This document shows positions 24,601-34,069 of a DNA stretch of 64,000 nucleotides, piece after piece. Within the stretch, counting starts at the first letter, position 1. Every line of letters starts with the position of its first letter. The notes beneath the pieces were generated by a model. That model did no database searches. It was not told the origin of the DNA and saw only the letters and a list, made by a program, of their open reading frames with translations. The position numbers were made by a program, and so were the translations under genes. The DNA lies in the NCBI GenBank assembly GCA_951406725.2, contig OX597814.1, forward strand, positions 194,680,001 through 194,744,000, in the 5' to 3' direction. Source of the stretch: Octopus vulgaris. Its lineage: Eukaryota.

Positions 24601-25365
24601 TGCCCTTCCTAACACCAACCACTCCAACATGTAATCTCATGTTAATGCCACACACAGAGGCTTCTTTCAGTTTCCATCTGTCACATCCACTCACAAGGCT
24701 TTGGTTAACCCAGGGCTGTTGTAGAAAACACTTGACCAAAGTGCAATGGTGTGGGATTGAATCAAGAACCATATGGTTGGGCAGCAAGCTTCTTACCACA
24801 CATCTAGAAATAATTGTTATTTATGTTCTTTTTGATCAACATCAAAAAATCAAATGGAAATTGTAGTTGTGATACCTGTGCTGGTGGCACATAAAAAGCA
24901 CCATCCGAACGTGGCCGATGCCAGTGGCACGTAAAAAAGCACCAACCGATCATGGCCGTTGCCATCCTCCCCTGGCCCCTGTGCCAGTGGCACGTAAAAA
25001 GCACCCACTACACTCACGGAGTGGTTGGCATTAGGAAGGACATCCAGCTGTAGAAACACTGCCAGATCAGACTGGAGCCTGGTGCAGCCTCCTTGCTTCC
25101 CAGACCCCTGTCGAACTGTCCAACCCATGCTAGCATGGAAAACGGACCTTAAACGATGATGATAATAATGATTTTAGATTTGGAAATTTAAAAGATATTT
25201 TTTTCTTTTCCTGTTTCTTAAATATTTTGTTTATTTTACCTCAATATCTTGTTGCAGGACCTTGGTGTATTAGTCTGGGACAAACCAAGCAAGCGAGTTA
25301 TGGTTGTGGCTCGCAATGGCCACGACGAAGTGAAACGCTTTTGGAAGAGACAAAAACATTCATGA
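4046..25365 (+). CDS. GTF2H4: General transcription factor IIH subunit 4 (p52/Tfb2), complete spliced CDS, 14 coding exons, 455 aa
   Basis: Exons 4046-4170, 5451-5555, 7418-7549, 8609-8702, 9794-9879, 11428-11539, 12820-12888, 14843-14926, 16635-16767, 18446-18497, 19452-19530, 20380-20427, 22922-23062, 25258-25365. All introns GT-AG with consistent phases; total 1368 nt. Recognisable p52 motifs: [93 protein letters not shown]. Confidence 0.97.
5451..5555 (+). CDS. GTF2H4: GTF2H4 coding exon 2
   Basis: ttttctttcaattag acceptor; [34 protein letters not shown]; GTAAGT donor. Confidence 0.95.
   Translation, partial: GITRTCQTLCNENPFCGTTCTSGCCSTLGGQQTS
6145..6712 (-). mobile_element. CR1-clade LINE 3' fragment (ORF2 C-terminus plus 3' UTR)
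   Basis: [25 protein letters not shown]...[32 protein letters not shown]...FK; related fragments at ~36425-36595, 43510-43690, 51860-52190. Confidence 0.85.
7418..7549 (+). CDS. GTF2H4: GTF2H4 coding exon 3
   Basis: [44 protein letters not shown]; CAG acceptor, GTAAGT donor. Confidence 0.95.
8609..8702 (+). CDS. GTF2H4: GTF2H4 coding exon 4
   Basis: [31 protein letters not shown]; TAG/GTAAGT. Confidence 0.95.
9794..9879 (+). CDS. GTF2H4: GTF2H4 coding exon 5
   Basis: [28 protein letters not shown]; CAG/GTAAGT. Confidence 0.95.
11428..11539 (+). CDS. GTF2H4: GTF2H4 coding exon 6
   Basis: [37 protein letters not shown]; CAG/GTGAGT. Confidence 0.95.
12820..12888 (+). CDS. GTF2H4: GTF2H4 coding exon 7
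   Basis: [23 protein letters not shown]; TAG/GTAATC. Confidence 0.95.
14843..14926 (+). CDS. GTF2H4: GTF2H4 coding exon 8
   Basis: [28 protein letters not shown]; TAG/GTGAGT. Confidence 0.95.
16635..16767 (+). CDS. GTF2H4: GTF2H4 coding exon 9
   Basis: [44 protein letters not shown]; CAG/GTGAGT. Confidence 0.95.
16981..17295. repeat. 63-bp minisatellite (5 copies) inside an RTE 3'-UTR-derived repeat
   Basis: GGTGCTTTTT recurs at 16981, 17044, 17107, 17170, 17233. Confidence 0.9.
18446..18497 (+). CDS. GTF2H4: GTF2H4 coding exon 10
   Basis: (D)[16 protein letters not shown](R); CAG/GTAAGA. Confidence 0.95.
19452..19530 (+). CDS. GTF2H4: GTF2H4 coding exon 11
   Basis: [26 protein letters not shown]; CAG/GTCAGA. 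Confidence 0.95.
20380..20427 (+). CDS. GTF2H4: GTF2H4 coding exon 12
   Basis: [16 protein letters not shown]; CAG/GTAAAC. Confidence 0.95.
20567..21131 (+). mobile_element. Mariner (Tc1/mariner) internally deleted non-autonomous element
   Basis: TIRs TTGGGTTGTCCGGAAAGTTTGTGCC / GGCACAAACTTTCCGGACAACTCAA; TA TSD; transposase start [15 protein letters not shown] joined to the C-terminal part containing [16 protein letters not shown]. Confidence 0.93.
22576..22797 (-). mobile_element. tRNA-derived SINE family B (representative copy; MetaSINE-like central domain)
   Basis: GGCGGTGAGCTGGCAGAAACGTTAGC...GAGTTCAAATTCC..GAGGTCAACTTTGCCTTTCATCCTTTCGGGGTC; TSD ACTGATCACCT. Further copies, often internally dimeric (~184-bp unit), at 2440-2805, 8755-9272, 25838-26210, 42350-42740, 49600-49988, 54223-54447, 61030-61446. 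Confidence 0.85.
22922..23062 (+). CDS. GTF2H4: GTF2H4 coding exon 13
   Basis: [47 protein letters not shown]; TAG/GTATGT. Confidence 0.96.
23248..23803 (+). mobile_element. RTE-clade LINE 3' fragment: ORF2 end plus the 3' UTR that forms the commonest repeat in the window
   Basis: [42 protein letters not shown] followed by AAAAAGCACCCACTACACTC...GGCATCCAGCTGTAGAAAC...(GAT)n. Confidence 0.8.
24204..24360. mobile_element. Small MITE with ~23-bp TIRs
   Basis: TCTGTTGTGTTTGGGGAGAGTCA / TGATTCTCCCCAGACACAACAGA (21/23 match). Confidence 0.7.
25258..25365 (+). CDS. GTF2H4: GTF2H4 terminal coding exon 14
   Basis: [35 protein letters not shown]; TGA at 25363-25365. Confidence 0.96.
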   Translation, partial: DLGVLVWDKPSKRVMVVARNGHDEVKRFWKRQKHS

Positions 25366-25736
25366 AGGATTCCTTAGATGATTTTTTTTTGTTAAAATTC
25401 TAAATGAGAGACTTGAAGAAATCCCAGCAAGCCACTGACATCAGTTAAATCAATTGTTAAGGGGTCATCCAATAAGATTCAGCAAGTGAATGTTAAAAAG
25501 CATATCACTAAGTTCTGTAGTATATTGTGTTGAACGCTGGTTGTTACCCTTTACAAAGTTTGGCTGTTGAGGTTGGGGTTTGTCAATAGCATCAGTGCTA
25601 AAGATTATGCAAAGTTATATGCAACTGTGAAGATCTCTTGGACATAAGTCACTATATTTTTGTTAAATTTATCCAAGTAAAACAAAGAAGTTTACAGGGG
25701 AAAAAAAAAATTCTGGTTTCTACCTCTTAAATTTAA

Positions 25737-25742
25737 AATAAA
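25737..25742 (+). terminator. Candidate polyadenylation signal of GTF2H4
   Basis: AATAAA about 370 nt after the stop, followed by a T/GT-rich tract (tttttgctatgtttttt). Confidence 0.55.
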
Positions 25743-26941
25743 TATTTTATACTACTTTTTGCTATGTTTTTTGTTACATTTCTTGTTTGGTAATGTTGGA
25801 GGGAGTTTAATATTGTCCATCATTTTTAGACAAACTCTTATTTCTTTATTGCCCACTAGGGGACAAACAAACGGATTAAGTCGATTACATCGACCCCAGT
25901 ACGTAACTGGTACTTAATTTATCGATCCTGGAAGGATGAAAGGCAAAGTCGACCTCGGCGGAATTCGAACTCAGAACGTAACAGCAGATGAAATACCTAT
26001 TTCTTTACTACCCACAAGGGGCCAAACACAGAGAGGATAAACGGATTAAGTCAATTACATCGATCCCTGTGTGTAACTGGTACTTATCTAATTGACCCCG
26101 AAAGGATGAAAGGCAAAGTCGACCTCAGCGGAATTTGAACTCAGAATGTAGTGGCAGACGAGATACCACAAAGCATTTTGCCTGGCATGCTAACAATTCT
26201 ACCAGCTTGCAGCCTGTCACTCTATAACCTTTCATCATATGGCACAAGATCACCTCTAATGCCCCTACCCTCTCAAAAGAATTTTTGTCTTGCAAGTTAC
26301 TTGGTGACCATGCCGGTGCTGGTGCCACATAAAAAGCATCCAGTCCACACAGTAAAGTGATTGGCATTTGGAAGGGCATCCAGCTGTAAAAACCTTGCCG
26401 AGACTAACCTCGCCTCTACTTGTGCCATATAAAAAGCACTCAGTCCACTCTGTAGAGTGGTTGGTGTTAGGAAGGGCATCCAGCTGTAGAAACACTGCCA
26501 GATCAGATTGAAGCCTGGTGAGGCCGCCTGGCTTGCCAGTCCCCAGTCAAACCGTCCAACCCATGCCAGTATGGAAAACGGACGTTAAACGATAATGATG
26601 ATTGTTTTCAATTAATCATACATTGCCTTGTAACTATGAGATTTCAATTATATGATTGTTTATTGTTAGAATGGCATTGTAGGGTAGGTGTGAAAGACCG
26701 GATGTGGCTGGTTTGAACATAAAACAGGTAGAATATATGGGCCTGTTATAACCAGTATAAATGCTAAAGGGTTAACATAAACTCCTTTGCTATAAACAAA
26801 TAGGTCAGGTCATCAGTCTAAGGTTAATTTCCTTCTTGCTTCTCCATTGACTCTCAGAGGGTTCTGAAGAGTCATGGCTGCTGTCCTCTGTCTCCTCTCA
26901 GTGAATCATGAAAAAATATAAAATTACAGGTCACACACCAT

Positions 26942-27411
26942 TTAACCCTTTTATTACCAACCTGGCTGAAACCAGCTCTGGCTCTGAGTACAAATGTCTT
27001 ATTTTCATAAGTTTTGAATTAAAATCTTCCGCCAAGCCTTAGTCACAATTTATGTTCCTAACACTAGCTGAATGATAACCAAGTTATTTTACTAAATTCT
27101 TTGTTATATTCGAAATTAATTGAAAGAAACACAGAACATCTCAATAGAAATATGGTAACAAAAGGGTTAACAAATGATTAATTTAACCCTTTCGATACCA
27201 ACCAAGCTGAAACCGGCTCTGGCTCAGAGTACAAATGTTTTGTTTTCATAAGTTTGGAATTAAATTCTTCCAGCAAACCTTAGTCACAATTTATGTTCCT
27301 AACTCTAGCTGAATGATAACTAAGTTATTTTTTCTAAATTCTTTGTTATATTTAAAGTGATTGAAAGAAACACAGAGCATCTCAAAATAAATACAGTAAC
27401 GAAAGGGTTAA
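26942..27411. mobile_element. Two tandem piggyBac-like MITEs (~230 bp each)
   Basis: TTAA-CCCTTT...AAAGGG-TTAA at 26942-27170 and 27183-27411; relatives at 18532-18738 and 45432-46036. Confidence 0.8.
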
Positions 27412-28487
27412 AAGCAGATAAAAAAATATAGGAAAGAAAATACAAACACATGAGAATTTTGAAACTTTTATTGCTCATTTTTTCTTTCATTTAATTTAAT
27501 TATCTTTTAAAAGAATGCAAGGAAATGCGACATTTTAATAATTAAAGTAAAGTGGTTTTAATTATTTTTTTTTATTTGTGTGTTGTGTGCATATATGTTT
27601 TTATTAAGTAAAGAGTTTGTGTGAAAATAAATGCTAAAACACTTCAATTTAATTAAGATTGTGTCCGTATTGAAGAGAAGTAAACACTGGATTAATGCTT
27701 AAATCTCCCCAAAACAAGTGTGACAACAAATTGCGTTAATGAAAAATAAACCCAAAATGGTGGATAGCAATCAAAATCTCAAGTAGTGAGTTTATGTAAT
27801 GGACACAATAATGACCAATGCTTGTGTGGAAGGAAGGAGAGTGGACGTTGTTGTTGTTGTATTGTTGCAGGTATCAGTGATATGAAGGGGGTGCGATGGG
27901 GTCATAGTTTATACTGCTGACCTCACCGGTAATGGTCAACAGCGATCTGGGGCAAGGGTGGGAGTAGAGCAAGTAGATGTATTATTGACCTTGGTGGCGG
28001 TGGTCAAATAACAATGTTTGGGAAGTGAACAGTTGTGTTTGTTGACCTTAGTAACGGTCAATAGTGATGAACCGAATAGAAGTCCTGTAGTGTAACTAAA
28101 TGCTAGTCAATACTACGAGTGCATAAGGAAGCAACTGACCCAATATGGGTAGCCAACTATGTGGGACTAATATAGAGCTGACCAAGTGAGGGCGCACTAG
28201 CAATGTAAGGTATCATACAAGTGTCCAGGGCAGGTAGCTACCAATAAAAGGTGCTGTGCAGCTGTCCCAGTGAATGGATACTGAGCAAGCTGATTTAACA
28301 GAATATTTCATATGCTCTGCACTGTACTGACCCCTGGCAAAGGCACCAAATTCTCATTGGCCAGGAAAGATTTTTATAAAGAAGACCTGTAATCGAATAC
28401 AGTTTATTAGTGAAACACTGTACAACTAGTGTTTCATTACATAGTAGTGTTAGGCTCAAATGTTCCGACCCAGAGTGAGTAACTAGC

Positions 28488-29036
28488 GATGTAAGGTACT
28501 ACACAGCCAACCCAAAATGGGAACCTAACAATGTAAGGTACTACACAGCCAACCCAAAGTGGGAACCTAACAATGTAAGGTACTACACTGCCAACCCAAA
28601 GTGGGAACCTAGGAATGTAAGGTACTACACTGCTAACCCAAAATGGGAACCTAACAATGTAAGGTACTACACTGCCAACCCAAAGTGGGAACCTAGGAAT
28701 GTAAGGTACTACACTGCCAACCCAAAGTGGGAACCTAGGAATGTAAGGTACTACACTGCTAACCCAAAATGGGAACCTAACAATGTAAGGTACTACACTG
28801 CCAACCCAAAGTGGGAACCTAACAATGTAAGGTACTACACTGCTAACCCAAAGTGGGAACCTAACAATGTAAGGTACTACACTGCCAACCCAAAATGGGA
28901 ACCTAACAATGTAAGGTACTACACAGCCAACCCAAAGTGGGAACCTAACAATGTAAGGTACTACACTGCTAACCCAAAGTGGGAACCTAACAATGTAAGG
29001 TACTACACTGCCAACCCAAAGTGGGAACCTAGGAAT
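28488..29036. repeat. 42-bp tandem minisatellite, 13 near-identical copies
   Basis: Unit AATGTAAGGTACTACAC(A/T)GC(C/T)AACCCAAA(A/G)TGGGAACCTA(AC/GG); GTAAGG recurs every 42 bp from 28491 to 28995. Confidence 0.97.
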
Positions 29037-29189
29037 GGAAGCTAGTCATATTAGGTACTATGAAACTGACCCAATGTGGGTAACTAGCATAGTAGAGTAC
29101 TTTACAACTAACCCAATGTGGGTAGCCAGCAATATAAGGTACCATGCAGCTGATTCAATACAGGAAGCTAGCAATGTACAGTACCACAT

Positions 29190-30480
29190 AGCTAACCCAA
29201 TGTGGGTAGCTGATATTGTAGGGTACTGTACAGTAGACCCAATATGGGTACCTAGTAATGGAGGGTACTATGCAGAAATCCAATCTGGATAGCTGGCATA
29301 GTAGAGTACCAATAACTAACCCAATGTGGGTAGCTAATACCGTAGGGTACTGTACAGTAGACCCAATATGGGTACCTAACAATGGAGGGTACTATGCAGC
29401 AAATCCAATCTGGATAGCTAGCATAGTAGAGTACCAATAACTAACTCAATGTAGGTAGCTACCAATGTAGGGTACTGTACAGTAGACCCAATATGGGTAC
29501 CTAGCGATGGAGGGTACTATGCAGCAAATCCAATCTGGATAGCTAGCATAGTAGAGTACCAATAACTAACCCAATGTGGGTAGCTAATATCGTAGGGTAC
29601 TGTACAGTAGACCCAATATGGGTACCTAGCAATGGAGGGTACTATGCAGCAAATCCAATCTGGATAGCTAGCATAGTAGAGTACCAATAACTAACCCAAT
29701 GTGGGTAGCTAATATCGTAGGGTACTGTACAGTAGACCCAATATGGGTACCTAGCAATGGAGGGTACTATGCAGCAAATCCAATCTGGATAGCTGGCATA
29801 GTAGAGTACCAATAACTAACCCAATGTGGGTAGCTAATATCGTAGGGTACTGTACAGTAGACCCAATATGGGTACCTAGCAATGGAGGGTACTATGCAGA
29901 AATCCAATCCGGATAGCTGGCATAGTAGAGTACCAATAACTAACCCAATGTGGGTAGCTAATATCGTAGGGTACTGTACAGTAGACCCAATATGGGTACC
30001 TAGCAATGGAGGGTACTATGCAGAAATCCAATCTGGATAGCTAGCATAGTAGAGTACCAATAACTAACCCAATGTGAGTAGCTAATACCGTAGGGTACTG
30101 TACAGTAGACCCAATATGGGTACCTAGCAATGGAGGGTACTATGCAGAAATCCAATCTGGATAGCTGGCATAGTAGAGTACCAATAACTAACCCAATGTG
30201 GGTAGCTAATACCGTAGGGTACTGTACAGTAGACCCAATATGGGTACCTAGCAATGGAGGGTACTATGCAGAAATCCAATCTGGATAGCTAGCATAGTAG
30301 AGTACCAATAACTAACCCAATGTGGGTAGCTAATACCGTAGGGTACTGTACAGTAGACCCAATATGGGTACCTAGCAATGGAGGGTACTATGCAGCAAAT
30401 CCAATCTGGATAGCTAGCATAGTAGAGTACCAATAACTAACCCAATGTGGGTAGCTACCAATGTAGGGTACTATGTAGCT
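29190..30480. repeat. 124/125-bp higher-order tandem repeat (about 10 copies) made of three diverged ~42-bp monomers
   Basis: GTAGACCCAATATGGG at 29233, 29357, 29482, 29607, 29732, 29857, 29981, 30105, 30229, 30353; 1-bp indel gcagcaaatcc/gcagaaatcc. Confidence 0.96.
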
Positions 30481-31415
30481 GACTGAATGTAATAGGGGTA
30501 TTCTCCTTTAATTATACAACTCACAACTCAACACTATCATACCTTCAGATATCGATTCATCACTTGTACAAGGGTTTCACTTTTGTCTTTTTAAATAAAA
30601 GATGGTAAAATAAAAATTAAGATCATAATCAGAATGATTCTAAATCGGAAATTATTTATAGTTTAAATGCGTTTAATCCTCCTCTACCATATAACTTAAG
30701 ATTTTGAAAAATTCTCAATTAACACCTGTTACATAGCAACAAATGTTTAAGCAGTATGATGGTAAGAAATAGTAAAGTAAAATAAATAAATGAATTAATT
30801 AAATGAGTGGCTGTGTGGTAAGTAGCTTGCTAACCAACCACATGGTTCCGGGTTCAGTCCCACTGCGTGGCATCTTGGGCAAGTGTCTTCTGCTATAGCC
30901 CCGGGCTGACCAATGCCTTGTGAGTGGATTTGGTAGACGGAAACTGAAAGAAGCCTGTCGTATATATGTATATATATATATATAAATGTGTGTGTATATG
31001 TTTGTGTGTCTGTGTTTGTCCCCCTAGCATTACTTGACAACCGATGCTGGTGTGTTTACGTCCCCGTCACTTAGCGGTTCGGCAAAAGAGACCGATAGAA
31101 TAAGTATTGGGCTTACAAAGAATAAGTCCCGGGGTCGATTTGCTCGACTAAAGGCGGTGCTCCAGCATGGCCACAGTCAAATGACTGAAACAAGTATAAA
31201 AGAATAATAAAAAAAAAGAGTAAAAGGGTTAGTTAAAGCCAATAGTTTTAATTGAATCAAATAATAAAATTTCTGTTAGTGAATATTAAAACTAACTTCA
31301 ATGAAATCGTTAGATTACTGGTTCTTCTCTAAAAATATTTTTACGTCTCTAAGTATAATTACTTTTTCTTTTTGAAACTCAATTCTATGTGTGTGTATGT
31401 GTATATATATATATA

Positions 31416-31612
31416 GGGGAAAAGTTGATGAAAAAAAACAAAAGACGAAGAAAAGGTGTAGAAAACAAACAAACGTGTATTAGTATAAAGCTCAGGAATT
31501 GAAAAAGTCTTTTACGTTTCAAGCCTACGCTTGTCTACAGAAAGGGACACAGAAAAAAACAAGGAGAAAAAAAAAAATGTGTGTAGTGGCTACCGATCTT
31601 TCATGGTGACTG
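31416..31612 (-). mobile_element. Second copy of the hammerhead-like pLTR element
   Basis: Minus strand 31544-31507: CTTT-CTGTAGA-C-AAGC-GTAG-GCTT-GAAACGT-A-AAAGAC; flanked by (TA)n. Confidence 0.55.
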
Positions 31613-31626
31613 TATATATATATATA

Positions 31627-31657
<31 letters not shown>

Positions 31658-31734
31658 ATGTATGTATGTAGATATACATGCACAAATGTAACCAGGTTCT
31701 TGTAGAAATTGTCAAGTGTACTGATTGTTAAAGG

Positions 31735-32260
31735 ATGAAAGCTAATAAACACCAGACACCACAATCAATGGATATCAAATTCCCAAAGGAAGGTGACAAA
31801 GCACCCAAAGTGAAAGCAATGGAAGGGGACTCGTTTTCTATTTTGTGTTCAGCCTCAGACTGGGAAATGCAAGTGGACCTGAGGGGCAGATTTGTCTTTT
31901 CAGAAGAGATAGTGGTGACACCACTCTAACCAGACATATTCCTGCTCTCTAGGAAAATCAAAAACGGTCATCGTGGTTGAACGCACAATGCCCTGAGAGG
32001 ACAGACTCTGTATTTCCCACCAGGTAACGAAAATGAAATATCAGGATTCAGTCAACAAGACCCTAGTCAAGGGCTAGCATGCAGCCTCATTCTCCATTGA
32101 AGTCAGTTCCTACAGCTTTCCTTCTAGATCTGTGTGCTATTTCCAGCAGAAAATAGGTCTGGAACCTAGACAATTAAAGAAAGCCATCTAGGAAATAGGC
32201 ATGGCAGCTGAAACTAGCTTAAAGTGCCTATGGTTGATAAGAAACCACAAGTGGAACCCT
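31735..32260 (+). mobile_element. Hero-clade (RLE-type) non-LTR retrotransposon remnant
   Basis: ASDWEMQVDLRGRFVFSEEIVVTPL*PDIFLLSRK..VIVVERTMP*EDRL...IEV...KIGLEPRQLKKAI*EIGMAAETSLKCLWLIR; degenerate PD-(D/E)XK region with stops. Confidence 0.75.
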
Positions 32261-32461
32261 TCTGTAGGTGAAAACTATGTCTTCACTGCCTCACTCGGAT
32301 GAAGTGTACAGGCTAAGGGGGAAAATGCATGTGACTTTGAGATACCTGCTGACTTTACAGAAGGATTTCTAGCATTGTAATGAACTTAAAAGAGCTTGCA
32401 AAACCTCTGAGTAACGTTAGAAGTTTCTGCACGGAGCAAGGCATCTCTGATGTTATACATA

Positions 32462-32508
<47 letters not shown>

Positions 32509-33029
32509 CATCAAGCCAAGTGAAATAAATCACAGTTGTGGCAGGTACCAGAGTCACACAAATATCACCCATGCCGGTGACATGTAAAAGCACCCATTAC
32601 ACTCTTTGAGTGGTTGGCGTTATGAAGGGCATCCAGTGGTAGAAATCATGCCAAATCAGACTGGAGTCTGGTGCAGCCTTCTAGCCCTGGTCAAACTGTC
32701 CAATCCATTCCAGCATTAAATGACGATGATATTCATATATATATATATCATTGTTATTATGCAAAAGTTTTTTAAGTCCAAAATATTGCTTTTTCAGAAA
32801 ACAAAAAAATAGTTTCACCATTCCATAGCAAAATTGTTGTACAACACTTTGACAATTTTTTATATCTTGGCATCCGAAGCAGCTGGAGATACGATAGTTT
32901 GACCAAAAGAACCGGCTATTGCAAGCAAAAATAAATATTGAAAAAAAGGCCATTGGGCAATTTTGGACACATGACAGTTTAACATAATAGTAATGATATG
33001 TATTCACATGTGTGTGTGTGTATATATAT

Positions 33030-33210
33030 GTATAGTTGAAATTTATAGAAAAACAATAGATGAAGATAGGTGTATGAACAAAAGCAAGTGTATTAGTTTG
33101 ACACCCGGGAAAATGAAAAAGTCTTTTATGTTTCAAGCCTACGCTCTTCAACAGGAAGGAATAAGAGAAAATACACAGAGAGAGAGAATGTGAAGATTTC
33201 AGCGGTCTGC
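33030..33210 (-). mobile_element. Third copy of the hammerhead-like pLTR element
   Basis: Minus strand 33158-33121: CTTC-CTGTTGA-A-GAGC-GTAG-GCTT-GAAACAT-A-AAAGAC; microsatellite flanks. Confidence 0.5.
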
Positions 33211-33623
33211 ACACACACATATATATATATATATACACATAGACACATAGACATATATATAGTTTCCTTTATTAAAGCTGAAGCTAAAAGTTCTTCTCAT
33301 GATGTGAAATATACAACTGAGTTTCTTGAAAGAAAAGAAATAGTTATACTTTATCATCATGATCATTATTTAATGCCTGTTTCCAATGCTGGCATATATA
33401 TGTGTGTGTGTGTTTGCATATGCTGCATACACACACATTTATTTATATATATATATATATATGTATGGGTTGAGGAAGTGGGAGAGGAGGTAGGTGATCA
33501 CAGTGAATGAGAGCTGTGAAGAGTGAAGTGTGGGTTTTGAGTAAAGAGGGTCAAGAAAGTGGAAGGTGGTGGGGAAAAAGTTGTGAAGAAGGGGTGGCAG
33601 TGTATTTTGAAATTTTGGTTGTT

Positions 33624-33626
<3 letters not shown>

Positions 33627-33664
<38 letters not shown>

Positions 33665-33671
33665 ATGTATG

Positions 33672-33710
<39 letters not shown>

Positions 33711-33798
33711 ATGTATATATATGATGATGATGTATATATATGTGTATATATATATATATGTGTATATATATATGTATATATATGTGTGTGTATGTATG

Positions 33799-33868
<70 letters not shown>
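33627..33868. repeat. Compound (TA)n/(TG)n microsatellite
   Basis: Direct reading; similar tracts at 4783-4826, 12533-12616, 44255-44333 and (TAA)n at 51502-51555, 62294-62363. Confidence 0.95.
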
Positions 33869-33869
<1 letters not shown>

Positions 33870-34026
33870 TGAAGTTAAAGTTCAATCTTTATTTTTATAG
33901 GATATGTTTAAATTAAAACTAAAATAAAACAAAACCAATGTGTCATATCTGTGAAGATTTCAGAAGAAAGCAGTTCAAAAAAAAAAAAAAAAAAAAGAGA
34001 AATTTTTTTTCCATCCCATCAAATTC

Positions 34027-34069
34027 TCAGACTATCTTTAAGACACTTGCAGGTCCATATACATCCATT
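34027..34069 (-). CDS. GPCPD1: GPCPD1 probable terminal coding exon
   Basis: Strong acceptor ttttcctcttcttcag; phase-2 join gives (R)MDVYGPASVLKIV*; AATAAA on - strand at 33888-33893. Confidence 0.65.

Noticed and set aside
28488-30480. CRISPR-like array (regular repeats with palindromes)
   Set aside because: Units are contiguous tandem copies without unique spacers; no cas genes; eukaryotic intron-exon context
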